Below the pieces are notes generated by a model, which was not told where the DNA came from, searched no databases, and saw only the letters and a list, made by a program, of their open reading frames with translations. Position numbers and translations under genes: made by a program. Of a stretch of DNA of 64,000 nt, positions 24,826 to 38,814 are shown one piece after another (positions within the stretch are counted from its first letter, which is position 1; the number at the start of each line of letters is the position of its first letter). The stretch lies in assembly GCA_002269645.1 (NCBI GenBank), contig NIVC01000667.1:310001-374000 (forward strand). The letters run 5' to 3'. This DNA comes from Macrostomum lignano. Its lineage: Eukaryota.

Positions 24826-27800
24826 ATGTCGTTCGTCTTGTCTGACGCCGATCGTCGACTCGGACTAAAAACTTCGGTAGCGTTGCAGCGCCTGGCTGAG
24901 GAAGTCGACGCAGTCAGGCGGAGCTCCTTTCGGCGCTGGCGCTTTGTCCTGGCCTGCCTGTGGCGCCACCCGCCGATCACCCTGCCTCACATTGGCGTCA
25001 ATCTGGCGCTGTGGGCTCTGCTGCTCGCCGCCTCCGCTCTGGCAGACCGGCCCGAGGAGTGAGGAGGCGCCTGTGTACCGCTATCTACCTGTCTACCGCT
25101 CTATCTACCTGTCTACCGCTCTATCTACCTGTCTACCGCTCTATCTACCTGTCTACCGCTCTATCTACCTGTCTACCGCTCTATCTACCTGTCTATCGCT
25201 CTATCTACATATCTACCGCTGTATCTACCTGTCTACCGCTCTATCTACCTGTCTACCGCTCTATCTACCTGTCTACCGATCTATCCACCTGTCTACCGCT
25301 CTAACTACTCTGTCTACCGCTCTATCTACCTGTCTACCGCTCTATCTAGCTATATACTGCTCTATCTACCTGTTTATCGCTCTATCTACCTGTCTACCGC
25401 TCTATCCACCTGTCTACCGCTCTAACTACACTGTCTACCGCTCTATCTACCTGTCTACCGCTCTATCTACCTGTGTACCGCTCTATCTACCTGTCTACTG
25501 CTCTATCTACCTGTTTATCGCTCTATCTACCTGTTTACTGCTCTATCTACCTGTCTACTGCTCTATCTACCTGTTTATCGCTCTATCTACCTGTTTATCG
25601 CGCTATCTACCTGTCTACCGCTCTATCTATCTGTGTACCGCTCTATCTACCTGTCTACTGCTCTATCAACCTGTTTATCGCTCTATCTACCTGTCTACTG
25701 CTCTATCTACCTGTTTATCGCTCTATCTACCTTTCTACCGCTCTATCTACCTGTATACCGCTCTAACTACCCTGTCTACCGCTCTATCTACCTGTCTACC
25801 GCTCTATCTACCTATATACTGCTCTATCTACCTCTGTACCGCTCTACCGCTCTATCTACCTGTCTACTGCTCTATCTACCTGTCTACCGCTCTATCTACC
25901 TGTCTACCGTTCTATCTACCAAAAAATGAACAAAACAATTTCATTTCTGCCACTCTACCGCTGTGCACTTTTCATTTTTCTTAACCAAAACTTTATAAAC
26001 CTGCCGCACTGTTCCAGTTTCCTACCAGTGGTCACCATGGCCCTTGTCCTGACAGCCATGCTGCTGCTCATTGGAGCCAATGTGGCCGCTGCGGTCCTTA
26101 TCGACTGGCTGTCGCACAATGGAGTTGATAAGAAAATTCAGAACCTCTGCGCTGATTTAGCGGGTAAGAATTTGGCGAAGACGACACGAGCACTGGATGA
26201 TCGGATAGGATTAGAATCACTTCCTGAGGGATCTGAGGGGATTAGAATCACTTCCTGAGGGATCTGAGGGGATTAGAATCACTCCTGAGGGATCTGAGGG
26301 GATTAGAATCACTCCTGAGGGATCTGAGGGGATTAGAATCACTTCCTGAGGGATCTGAGGGGATTAGAATCACTCCTGAGGGATTTGAGGGGATTAGAAT
26401 CACTTCCTGAGGGATCTGAGGGGATTAGAATCACTTCTAGGGGATCTGAGGGGATTAGAATCACTCCTGAGGGATCTGAGGGGATTAGAATCACTCCTGG
26501 GGGATCTGAGGGGATTAGAATCACTCCTGAGGGATCTGAGGGGATTAGAATCACTTCTAGGGGATCTGAGAGGATTATAATCACTCCTGAGGGATCTGAA
26601 GGGATTAGAATCACTTCTAGGGGATCTGAGAGATTAGAATCACTCCTGAGTGATCTGGGGGGATTAGAATCACTCCTTAGTGATGTGAGGGGTTTAGAAT
26701 CACTCATGGGGGATCTGAGGGGATTAGAATCACTCATGGGGGATCTGAGGGGATTAGAATCACTCCTTAGTGATGTGAGGGGTTTAGAATCAGTCCTGGG
26801 GGATCTGAGGGGATTAGAATCAGTCCTGAGGGATTTGAGGAGATTAGAATCACTCCTGAGGGATTTGGGGGGATTAGAATCACTCTTGAGGGGATTAGAA
26901 TCACTCTTAAGGGGATTAGAATAACTCCTGAGGAGATTAGAATCACTCCTGAGGGATTTGGGGGGATTAGAATCACTCTTGAGGGGATTAGAATCACTCC
27001 TGAGGGATCTGAGGGGATTAGAATCACTCCTGAGGGGGTTAGAATCACTCCTGGGGGCGATTAGAATCACTCCTGAGGGGGTTAGAATCACTCCTGAGGG
27101 GATTAGAATCACTCTTGAGGGGATTAGAATCACTCCTGAGGGATCTGAGGGGATTAGAATCACTCCTGAGGGGGTTAGAATCACTCCTGAGGGGGTTAGA
27201 ATCACTCCTGAGGGGTTAGAATCACTCCTGAGGGGGTTAGAATCACTCATACCGCTAAGAAATACATTGACTCGTATTGATTGCACTGAAGAGTACAGCC
27301 GCACCGTGAACTGGCCAGTCGAGTCAGCCTACCCGGACCTGAGCGCGCCCTCCGTGTCCACCATCCACTGCCACTGGACCCTCCGAGACGGGCACCTAAT
27401 CAACCTACCTGCTATGCTATTGGTTCGCGACGACATTATCTACGTTCGTCCCGGCAGCGCTTTCAACGTGCACTGCTGCGAGTTGCCCCAGCAACAACAG
27501 TCGGAACAGTTGGCTAGATCGTTCGAACCGGATGATCGGTACATGCCAGTGCTGCCTGATCCAGCCAGACGGTCGCTCAGCAGGCCCGTGTCTCACCGGG
27601 TTCTGCCGCCGCTGCGCTGCCGCGTGAAGCTGACTCCGGCTGTGGATTTTGTTCGAGATTTTCTTAATCTGCACATTCGAGGCCGATCGGACTTGGACGC
27701 GCTGTTCGCCAGAGGCTGTCGGGCGTGTCTGGTCTGCGTGGGAGTCGCTTTTGCCGTGTGTTTGGTCGCCGCGCTGGCCAAACGGCACGTTATTGGGGAG

Positions 27801-29997
27801 GATTCGGTAAGCTGTGCTGTGAGAGGGAGAGATGAAGATTTCGAATTTTATGACCTAAGCGTTTATAGTTCTTTAATTTTTAGTATATAGGATATGTGTA
27901 CTTTAGTGCATCTAAAAGTACTTTAGGGGATTTTTACTATAGTGTAAAAGTACTCTTAGGCGGTGCGTACTTTAGATGAAAAGCACTTAAGGGACGTGTA
28001 CTTTACTGCAAAAGTACTTTTAGGTTTCGTACTTTTCTGCAAAAGTACTTTCAGGTTTTTTACTTTACTGTAAAAGTACTTTTACGGCATGTGTACATTC
28101 GTTCAAAAATATATTCGTGATATTTGTGCTTTATATTGTGTAAAAGCGTACTTTAATGGACATCCACTTATGATAGGTGTACTTAGTAGTACAGATGCAC
28201 TCAAGTGTACATGTACTTCTGTGTAGCTGCACTTTATTCTAGATGCACTACTGTAGTCTGGATGTACTTTTGACTTTGTCTCTTTAATTTAACTTCGATG
28301 TACTCTAGTTGGTGTACTTCAGGGTGAAGGTAAATGTGCTTTACACCAGGGTACTCCCAGTTGAAATGACGCAGACAAATTATTAAAGCTCTGCACTTTT
28401 ACTCTGCACTTTTAGGTGTCAGCAGCCTACGCGCTGGCCTTCCCCTGCCTGGCCACCCTCCCCATCCTGCTGCTGTCCTGCCCGCCAATGTGGCACGCCC
28501 TGAACCTGTGGGAGCTGGCCAAAGCTCTGGTGCACGTGCACCGAACTTCTCTGGCTAGCGACGAGCTGCTTCGCCAGCCAGACAGGCCGCCATCGATGGA
28601 CAGCCTGACGGAGTCCATCGGCTCCCTGTCGGACCTGGACACCTGCGACACCACCGCTGCTGCCTCAATCGTTGCTGGCTGGCGAGACGCCTTGGCGAAG
28701 TTGATGTACCTGCTGACTGACAATGCGGAGGTGGACTGGAAGCTGGTGCACTCGTTTGGTACAATGTCCAGGCTGTGCTGCGCTGATAAGGTGCGACTTT
28801 GACTGCTCATAGTGCCAATTTGACTGATCATAATACCAATTTGACTGCTCATAGTGCCAATTTGACTGCTCATAATACCAATTTGACTGATCATACTTCT
28901 AATTTAACTACTCATAGTGCCAAGTTGACTGCTCATAGTGACAATCTGACTGCTCATAGTGGCAAGTTGACTGCTCATAGTGATAATTTGACTGCTCATA
29001 GTGACAATTTGACTGATCATACTTCTAATTTAACTACTCATAGTGCCAAGTTGACTGCTCATAATACCAATTTGACTGATCATACTTCTAATTTAACTGC
29101 TCAGAGTGCCAATCTGACTGCTCATAGTGACAAGTTGACTGCTCATAGTAACAAGTTGACTGCTCATAGTAACAATTTGACTGCTCATAGTACCGATCTG
29201 ACTGCTCATAATGACAAGTTAGCAGCTCATAGTGACAAGTTGACTACTCATAGTGACAAGTTAGCAGCTCATAGTGACAAGTTGACTGCTCATAGTGCCA
29301 ATCTTACTGCTCATAGTGACAATTTGACTGCTCATAGTGCCAATCTGACTGCTCATACCGCTTCGCCTGTCTCCAGGAGGGCATCCTCAGCCTGCCCATC
29401 CCGCTGCCAGACAAAGTCTGTTTCTTACGCCGCAAGCACCGTCACCGCAGCACGCCCGCCCAGCGCAAGAAGTCTGACATGAGCTTGCAGACCTCCGAGG
29501 CCAACAGCGCCCTGCTGGACACGGAGGCGCATATTCACGTCCTGGACGTTTCGCATGACCCGAAGATTGCCTACCGACTGGACTTTGACGATCCGCATTG
29601 GCGTCGGTTTTTGAAATCATTGAAGCCGCTGGGTCTGGCCATTCTGTTGAATAACTGCCACCCGTCTGCCAGGCCCAGCTATGACGCTTTCGCTCATCAC
29701 GTGACCGCCGTCACGCTGCCGGATGATCCGCGCGCTTGCGTTAATAAGCGGCGTTGCCTGTGCGACTTGGCGAGGCTGATCGGCTTCAAGGATGCGGCTC
29801 GGGACCCCTTCAGCCTGCAGTTCACGCTGGGCACCTATCAGCAGGTGGCTGCGGCATAGCGATGCTCTGTTTGAGTTTGCGATTTGGGTGCAGTGATTGA
29901 TTGATTGATTTATTCCATTGATTGATTGATTGATTGATTGATTGAACTTGATTTTTTGGATTGATTGATTGATTCTATTGATTAATTTATTTATTCC

Positions 29998-30036
<39 letters not shown>

Positions 30037-30123
30037 TATTTATTCCATTGATTGATTGATTGATTGATTGAACTTGATTTTTTGGATTGATTGATTGATT
30101 CTATTGATTAATTTATTTATTCC

Positions 30124-30162
<39 letters not shown>

Positions 30163-30249
30163 TATTTATTCCATTGATTGATTGATTGATTGATTGAACT
30201 TGATTTTTTGGATTGATTGATTGATTCTATTGATTAATTTATTTATTCC

Positions 30250-30288
<39 letters not shown>

Positions 30289-33200
30289 CTATTGATTAAT
30301 TGGACTCGATTTATTGGATTGATTAATTGATTTATTTATTCATTAATTGATTCAATTTATTGATTGATTGATTTTTTTATTCCATTAATTGATTGATTGA
30401 TTAATTGAATTCGATTTATTGGATTGATTGAGTGATTGATTGATTCCATTAATTGATTGATTGATTGATTGATTGATTCTATTGATTAATTGGATTCGAT
30501 TTATTGGATTGATTGATTGATTGATTGATTGATTCTATTGATTAATTGGATTCGATTGATTGATTGATTGATTCTATTGATTAATTGGATTCGATTGATT
30601 GATTGATTGATTGAATTCGATTTATTGGATTGATTGATTGATTGATTCTATTGATTAATTGGATTCCATTGATTGATTGATTGATTTATTTATTTATTCC
30701 ATTGATTGATTGATTAATTGAATTCGATTTATTGATTGATTGATTGATTGATTAATTGATTCAATTTATTGATTGATTGATGAATTCAATGGATTGATTG
30801 ATCGAATGATTGGTTGATTCGATTGACTGATTGCTTTGATTGACTCATTGACTCATTACATTGATTCCATTGGTGAACTAAAAAATTAGATACAATTGAT
30901 AAATCGTAAATTAAGTTTACATTTTATGATTCAATTGATTGATAATTTAGTTCAGTTGATTGCTTTATTGATTTTACGCTACTTGGGTATCTGTGCCGAC
31001 ACACACCCGAGCGTATTAATCTAGTATGCCAATTGCACATTTCAGGCCAGCAAGGAGGACCAGGGCAAGGACCAGTTCTTGAGGCTGCTCAGCGCGCTCA
31101 GACAGAAGGCACCTGTCGGGCACACCTTCGGCTGCGCTGTGCAGCAGCGGCATCTGGGCGGGCAGTACTTTGTGCAGGGCTCGGCTGATGTGCTCGTGTC
31201 AGAGCTGTGTGCGGACTACTGGAATGGCAACTCTGTGTCTGCGCTCACTGAAGTACATTGGGGTGTGCTCTGGTGGATTGAGTAGGGTTACCAGCATGTC
31301 AAATTTGTTCTTGTAGGTTTGGTAGGGTTTATGGTAGGTTTGGTAGGGTTTATGGTAGGTTTGGTAGGGTTTATGGTAGGTTTGGTAGGGTTTATGGTAG
31401 GTTTGGTAGGGTTTATGGTAGGTTTGGTAGGGTTTTGGTAGGTTTGGTAGGGTTTATGGTAGGTTTTATGTTTCAATCAAGGCTTAGTAGGGTTTATGGT
31501 AGGTTTGGTAGTGTTTATGGTCGGTTTTATGTTTCCATCAAGGCTTCGTAGGGTTTATAGTAGGTTTGGTAGGGTTTATGGTAGGTTTTGTAGGGGTTAT
31601 GGTAGGTTTTGTAGGGTTTATAGTAGGTTTGGTAGGTTTTATGTTTCAATCAAGGGTTGGTAGGGTTTATGGTAGGTTTTATGTTTCAATCAAGGCTTCG
31701 TAGGGTTTATAGTAGGTTTGGTAGGGTTTATGGTAGGTTTTGTAAGGGTTATGGTAGGTTTTGTAGGGTTTATAGTAGGTTTGGTAGGTTTTATGTTTCA
31801 ATCAAGGGTTGGTAGGGTTTATGGTAGGTTTAGTAGGGTTTCTGGTAGGTTTGGTAGGGTTTATGGTAGGTTTGGTAGGGTAGGGTTTATGATAGGGTTT
31901 ATAGTAATTCTGGTAGGGTTTCTGGTAGGTTTGGTAGGGTTTCTGGTAGGTTTGGTAGGGTTTATAGTAGGTTTAGTAGGGTTTCTGGTAGGTTTGGTAG
32001 GGTTTCTGGTAGGTTTGGTAGGGTTTATGGTAGGTTTGGTAGGGTAGGGTTTATGGTAGGGTTTGTAGTAATTCTGGTAGGGTTTATGGCAGGTTTGGTA
32101 GGGTTTCTGGTAGGTTTGGTAGGGTTTATGGTAGGGTTTGTAGTAATTCTGGTAGGGTTTCTGGTAGGTTTGGTAGGGTTTCTGGTAGGTTTGGTAGGGT
32201 TTATGGTAGGTTTAGTAGGGTTTCTGGTAGGTTTGGTAGGGTTTATGATAGGTTTGGTAGGGTTTATGGTAGGTTTGGTAGGGTTTATGGTAGGTTTGGT
32301 AGGGTAGGGTTTATGGTAGGTTTGGTAGGGTAGGGTTTGTAGTAGGGTTTGTAGTAATTCTGGTAGGGTTTATGGTAGGTTTGGTAGGGTTTATGGTAGG
32401 TTTGGTAGGGTAGGGTTTATGGTAGGTTTGGTAGGGTAGGGTTTGTAGTAGGGTTTGTAGTAATTCTGGTAGGGTTTATGGTAGGTTTGGTAGGGTTTCT
32501 GGTAGGTTTGGTAGGGTTTCTGGTAGGTTTGGTAGGGTTTATGGTAGGGTTTGGTAGGGTAGGGTTTGTAGTAGGGTTTGTAGTAATTCTGGTAGGGTTT
32601 ATGGTAGGTTTGGTAGGTTTTCTGGTAGGTTTGGTAGGGTTTATGGTAGGGTTTGTAGTAATTCTGGTAGGGTTTCTGGTAGGTTTGGTAGGGTTTCTGG
32701 TAGGTTTGGTAGGGTTTATGGTAGGTTTAGTAGGGTTTCTGGTAGGTTTGGTAGGGTTTCTGGTAGGTTTGGTAGGGTTTCTGGTAGGTTTATTAGGGTT
32801 CATGGTAGGTTTGGTAGGTTTCCTAGGGCTTTGTAAGAAGTCGTTCGAGCTCAACTGAACTCAAACTCAACCCAGGGGTCTCAAATGCAGCCAACTGGCT
32901 CTCCGCTCCCCGCCCTTTACCCAGCTGGACCGCAAGCGCCTGCTCAACTTCTACAGCCGGCACAGCTACTCAAGCTATTGCGACGCATTCGCTTACACGC
33001 CCGTGCTCAACAAGATGTCGCCGGCAGGCGGCAGCGGCGATCGATGCGTCGAATTGCCGCCGTTCCGGCTGAGCTCAGAGGAGGCTGAGGATCCGCCCAC
33101 GCCAATGCTGCTCAACACGCCTCTGTCAAGGACGTTCAGCGCTGAGACAACTTTGCATCGATCGTCCAATTTGTCCCTGACAGACGTAGACACCTGTCTG

Positions 33201-36200
33201 AGCATGCAGAGCGGCCAGGTGTTTCTAGGAATGGTGGCCTCCCAGTTCCAGGCCAACTCCGATGTTGTCAGGCTCATCGACCAGCTGGAGCTGGGCTGCA
33301 TCCGGTTCGTGTACTTTAGCGAGGAGAACGAACTGCGTAGCAGAGGATTCGCTGAACGTCTGGGACTCGAATCCGGCTGGAACTGTCACATCTCGCTGAG
33401 GAGCGACTCGTGCGGCGGCAGCAGGGCTACAGTGACTGCGGACAGGGAGCCGGTGCCCGCAGGCCTGACCGTGAGTCTTGGGTTCCATTGGCTGAGGGTG
33501 TCAGGTCGGATGCGTGCGATTAGGTCAGTGGGGTTGGTCTGATCTGGGTCAATGGGATCAGTGTCTGAGTCAATGGGATCAGTGTCTGAGTCAATGAGAT
33601 CAGTGTCTGGGTCAATAGGATCAGTGTCTGGGTCAATGGGATCAGTGTCTGAGTCAATGGGATCAGTGTCTGGGTCAATGGGATCAGTGTTTGGGTCAAT
33701 GCGATCAGTGTCTGGGTCAATGGTATCAGTGTCTGGGTCAATGGGATCAGTGTCTGGGTCAATGCGATCAGTGTCTGGGTCAATGGTATCAGTGTCTGGG
33801 TCAATGGGATCAGTGTTTGGGTCAATGGGATCAGTGTCTGGGTCAGTGGGATCAGTGTATGGGTCAATGGGATCAGTGTTTGGGTCATTGGGATCAGTGT
33901 CTGGGTCAATGAGATCTGAATCGATGGGATCTGAGTCAATAGGATCTGAATCAATGGGATCTGAGTCAATAGGATCTGGGTCCATGGGATCTGGGTCCAT
34001 GGGATCTGGGTCAATAGGATCTGAGCCAATGGGATCTGGGTCAATAGGATCTGGGTCCATGGGATCTGGGTCGATGGGATATGGTCAATGGGATATGGTC
34101 AATGGGATATGGTCAATGGGATATGGTCAATGGGTTCTGGGTCAATAGGATCTGGGTCGATGGGATCTGGGTCAATGAGATCTAAGTCAATAGAATCTGG
34201 GTCAATGAGATCTGAGTCAATGGGATATGGGCCAATAGATCTGGGTACTGTAAATGGAATCTGGGTCAACGGGATCTGGGTCAATGGGATCTGTCTCACA
34301 CGACAAGCCGTCGACCTCCCGCAGACCACAATGTCGGGCGCCACGCTGGCCAACTTAAGCCAGTGGGGCAGCGCACCTGCCCTGATCAACACGGACACCA
34401 GCAGGGTCACCTTCAAAGGCGAACCGGACGAGCTGGTGTTCACCGCGGAAACACCTGGTGGCGACGGCGGCAGCGCCGATTCCAGCGGCGGCTCAGAATC
34501 GGATTCCGATGATGTCGACGCAGAGGCGACCGGAGTCCGCAGCGGCTTGTCCAGCCGTGACGACGCGCAGTCCGGCTGCAGCACCGCCTCTGGCCAGCGA
34601 GCGGACGCCTCCAGGGAGGAGTCCGAGCTGTTGTACGTCGATCAGAACAAGTCGCGTCTGCCACGCGGCATCGCCGAGATCCGGCCGCACCTGCAGAAGG
34701 TGGACAACGTGCCGTTGCAGGTGTCGCTGTTTACCGACTGCGATATCGGCGCCGTGTCGGAGATGCTGCTCATCATGCGGCAGTACGGGGAGCGCTCAGT
34801 GCTGTTGTACTCGGCTTTGAGTCTGAGGTCCTGTAGACTGGCCAAGATTACCGACACCGCCGTGAGTCTGGGGCACATGGGTCGGCACAGAGTCTAATGT
34901 GGTCAATTTTTGGTCAAGTAGGTCAAAACTGGGTCAAGTAGGTCAAAACTGGGTCAAGTAGGTCAAAACTGGGTCAAGTAGGTCAAAATTGGGTCAGGTA
35001 GGTCAAGATTGGATCAAGTAGGTCAAGATTGGGTCAAGTTGGTCAACATTGGGTCAAGTGGGTCAAAATTAGGTCAAGTAGGTCCACATTGAGTAAATTA
35101 GGTCAAAACTGGGTCAAGTAGGTCAAAATTGGGTCAAGTAGGTCAACATTAAGTAAAGTAGGTCAAAACTGGGTCAAGTAGGTCAAAATTGGGTCAAGTA
35201 GGTCAAAATCGGGTCAAGTAGGTCAAAATTGGGTCAAGTAGGTCAAGATTGGGTCAAGTAGGCCAAAATTAGGTCAAGTTGGCCAAAATTGGGTCAAGTA
35301 GGTCAAAATTAGGTCAAGTAGGTAAAGATTGATCAAGTAGGTCATCGTTGGGTCAAGTAGGTCAACATTTAGTCAACAATGTAAAATTATGTCAAGTAAA
35401 GTCATGTTGAGTCGATTCGGTCAATGTTGGGTCAGTTGTGTCAAAACTGGGTCAAGTCAGTAAAAATTTGGTCAAGTGGGTCAATATTTGGTCGAGTAGG
35501 TCAATATTGATTCGAGTAGGTCAACTTTGGATCAAGTAAGTCCACGTTAGATCAAGTAGGTCAACGCTTAGTAAAGTAGGTCAACGTTAGAGTCGAGTAG
35601 GTCAACTTTGTGTCAAGTAGGTCAATATTGAGTCAAGTAGGTCAACCTGGGTCACGAGTAGGCACTCAGCCGCCATTCCCCAACAGTCTCCCCTAACCAC
35701 CGCCCGTGGAACCGTCAGATCGCCCTGGTGCCTCAGCTGCCGCCGACTTGTCGCAGCGAGCCGGCGCCGCCAGTCGGGTCCAGACTCGAACCCAGTCCCG
35801 CCTTCGTCGCTGCCAAGCTGCTCAGCCTGCCTGCCGGCTACGCGCCAACTCGCCTGGCCATCGCCGGCCTCATCGCCGACTGCCGCTGCTCAGTTGAGCG
35901 ACTCAAGCGACCGTTGAGAGCGTTTTTGTCTATGGCACTGATGCTGTCGGCTCTGCACGCGGTCTGCGGCCTGCTCATGCTGCCGCCCTGTCTGTCCGCC
36001 GGGCAGACCGCCGCCCTGTCTTTTGTGCTGCTGCCTGCGGCCGCCTTTGGCACCGTGGCCAAGTCTGAGGACCGGCTGAAGGCGTTGAATCAGCCGGCTC
36101 GGAGGAGGGACCTGCCGAGGAGGAAGGCGCTCACTGCGCGGTGGGTTTTGGGGTGTCTGGTAGGGTGTTTAGGTGTCTGGTAGGGTGTTTGGGTGTCTGG

Positions 36201-38584
36201 TAGGGTGTTTGGGTGTCTGGTAGAGTGTTTGGGTCTCTAGTAGGGTGTTTGGGTGTCTAGTAGATGTTTGGGTGTCTGGTAGGGTGTTTGGGTGTCTAGT
36301 AGGGTGTTTGGGTGTCTAGTAGGGTGTTTGGGTGTCTAGTAGTGTGTTTGGGTGTCTAGTAGGGTGTTTGGGTGTCTAGTAGTGTGTTTGGGTGTCTAGT
36401 AGATGTTTGGGTGTCTGGTAGGGTGTTTGGGTGTCTAGTAGTGTGTTTGGGTGTCTAGTAGTGTGTTTGGGTGTCTAGTAGGGTGTTTGGGTCTCTAGTA
36501 GCGTGTTTGGGTGTCTAGTAGGGTGTTTGGGTGTCTGGTAGGGTGTTTGGGTCTCTAGTAGGGTGTTTGGGTGTCTAGTAGGTGTTTGGGTGTCTAGTAG
36601 GGTGTTTGGGTGTCTAGTAGGGTGTTTGGGTGTCTGGTAGGGTGTTTGGGTCTCTAGTAGGGTGTTTTGGTGTCTGGTAGGGTGTTTGGGTGTCTGGTAG
36701 GGTGTTTGGGTGTCTGGTAGGGTGTTTGGGTGTCTGGTAGGGTGTTTGGGTGTCTGGTAGGGTGTTTGGGTGTCTAGTAGTGTGTTTGGGTGTCTAGTAG
36801 ATGTTTGGGTGTCTGGTAGGGTGTTTGGGTGTCTGGTAGGGTGTTTGGGTGTCTAGTAGTGTGTTTGGGTGTCTAGTAGGGTGTTTGGGTGTCTGGTAGG
36901 GTGTTTGGGTGTCTGGTAGGGTGTTTGGGTGTCTGGTAGGGTGTTTGGGTGTCTGGTAGGGTGTTTGGGTGTCTGGTAGTATGTTTGGGTGTCTAGTAGT
37001 GTGTTTGGGTGTCTAGTAGGGTGTTTGGGTCTCTAGTAGCGTGTTTGGGTGTCTAGTAGGGTGTTTGGGTGTCTGGTAGGGTGTTTGGGTCTCTAGTAGG
37101 GTGTTTGGGTGTCTAGTAGGTGTTTGGGTGTCTAGTAGGGTGTTTGGGTGTCTAGTAGGGTGTTTGGGTGTCTGGTAGGGTGTTTGGGTCTCTAGTAGGG
37201 TGTTTTGGTGTCTGGTAGGGTGTTTGGGTGTCTGGTAGGGTGTTTGGGTGTCTGGTAGGGTTTTTGGGTGTCTGGTAGGGTGTTTGGGTGTCTGGTAGGG
37301 TGTTTGGGTCTCTAGTAGGGTGTTTAGGTGTCTGGTAGGGTGTTTGGGTGTCTAGTAGGGTGTTTAGGTGTCTAGTAGGGTGTTTGGGTGTCTAGTAGTG
37401 TGTTTGGGTGTCTAGTAGGGTGTTTGGGTGTCTGGTAGGGTGTTTGGGTGTCTGGTAGGGTGTTTGGGTGTCTAGTAGGGTGTTTGGGTCTCTAGTAGCG
37501 TGTTTGGGTGTCTAGTAGGGTGTTTGGGTGTCTGGTAGGGTGTTTGGGTCTCTAGTAGGGTGTTTGGGTGTCTAGTAGGTGTTTGGGTGTCTAGTAGGGT
37601 GTTTGGGTGTCTAGTAGGGTGTTTGGGTGTCTGGTAGGGTGTTTGGGTCTCTAGTAGGGTGTTTTGGTGTCTGGTAGGGTGTTTGGGTGTCTGGTAGGGT
37701 GTTTGGGTGTCTGGTAGGGTGTTTGGGTCTCTAGTAGGGTGTTTAGGTGTCTGGTAGGGTGTTTGGGTGTCTAGTAGGGTCTTTAGGTGTCTAGTAGGGT
37801 GTTTGGGTGTCTGGTAGGGTGTTTGGGTGTCTAGTAGAGTCGTCTGGAGTGTCCGAATAGGAATACTGTAAGGTGTCCGGTGTCTCAAGTGATTTAGAGG
37901 CTTGGTGTGTTATTAAAACTGTGTCTGGGGTGTAATGTCCACTATAATGGTGATTGGCGTGCTTTCATTGTGTCTAAACTTTATGTGTCTGTATTACTGA
38001 GCCGTCGCCCCCTTTCCCTCCGCCTCCCAGCTACCTGTCATTGCACCTGGCTCTGACGCTGCCCTCAGCCGTGGTCGCAGCTCTGGTCTTTGTCGCATTC
38101 GTGTACACCCGCTGCTCCCAGCTGGCTGCCGGAGATGCCGCACTGCTTGGCAACCAGTCTGCTGCTTCTGACAGCACCGGCAATTGGAGCGCCTCTGTGC
38201 CGATCGAATCCGCAATCTCCTACTATCAGTACTATAGTCTGAGCATGGAGAATGTCACCGCTTGTTTGGGGCATTCCTTGTGGAGTCAACAGCGGGATAA
38301 TGAGCAGCTGCTGGCCGCGTTTCAGGGCGTGCTGTTCTGCTTTATTGTGCTGGCTTGCCGTGAGTCTGCTTTGAAGCCAACTTTATTTGGTTTTAACTCA
38401 AGTTGTAGTTTGAGATCCATATGGGATTTTTATTTCCGTTACACCCTCTTGACCCCGTTCGCAGTGATCACTTCGTTGGTGTTCGTCACGGAGAACCTGC
38501 GCCCGTTTCGTCTGCCTATCGGAGGCTTCAGTCGGTTGAAAGTTTGGGCTGTCTGCCAGTTTGCGACGTGAGCAGGACTTGACC

Positions 38585-38647
<63 letters not shown>

Positions 38648-38648
38648 A

Positions 38649-38689
<41 letters not shown>

Positions 38690-38690
38690 G

Positions 38691-38734
<44 letters not shown>

Positions 38735-38735
38735 G

Positions 38736-38814
<79 letters not shown>

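Noticed and set aside
24173-24868. (MLALEIAQADEALG)n ORF that looks helical and protein-like
   Set aside because: A 42-bp repeat; it is out of frame with TMEM94 exon 1, and the opposite strand is equally open. It cannot be fully excluded without expression data.
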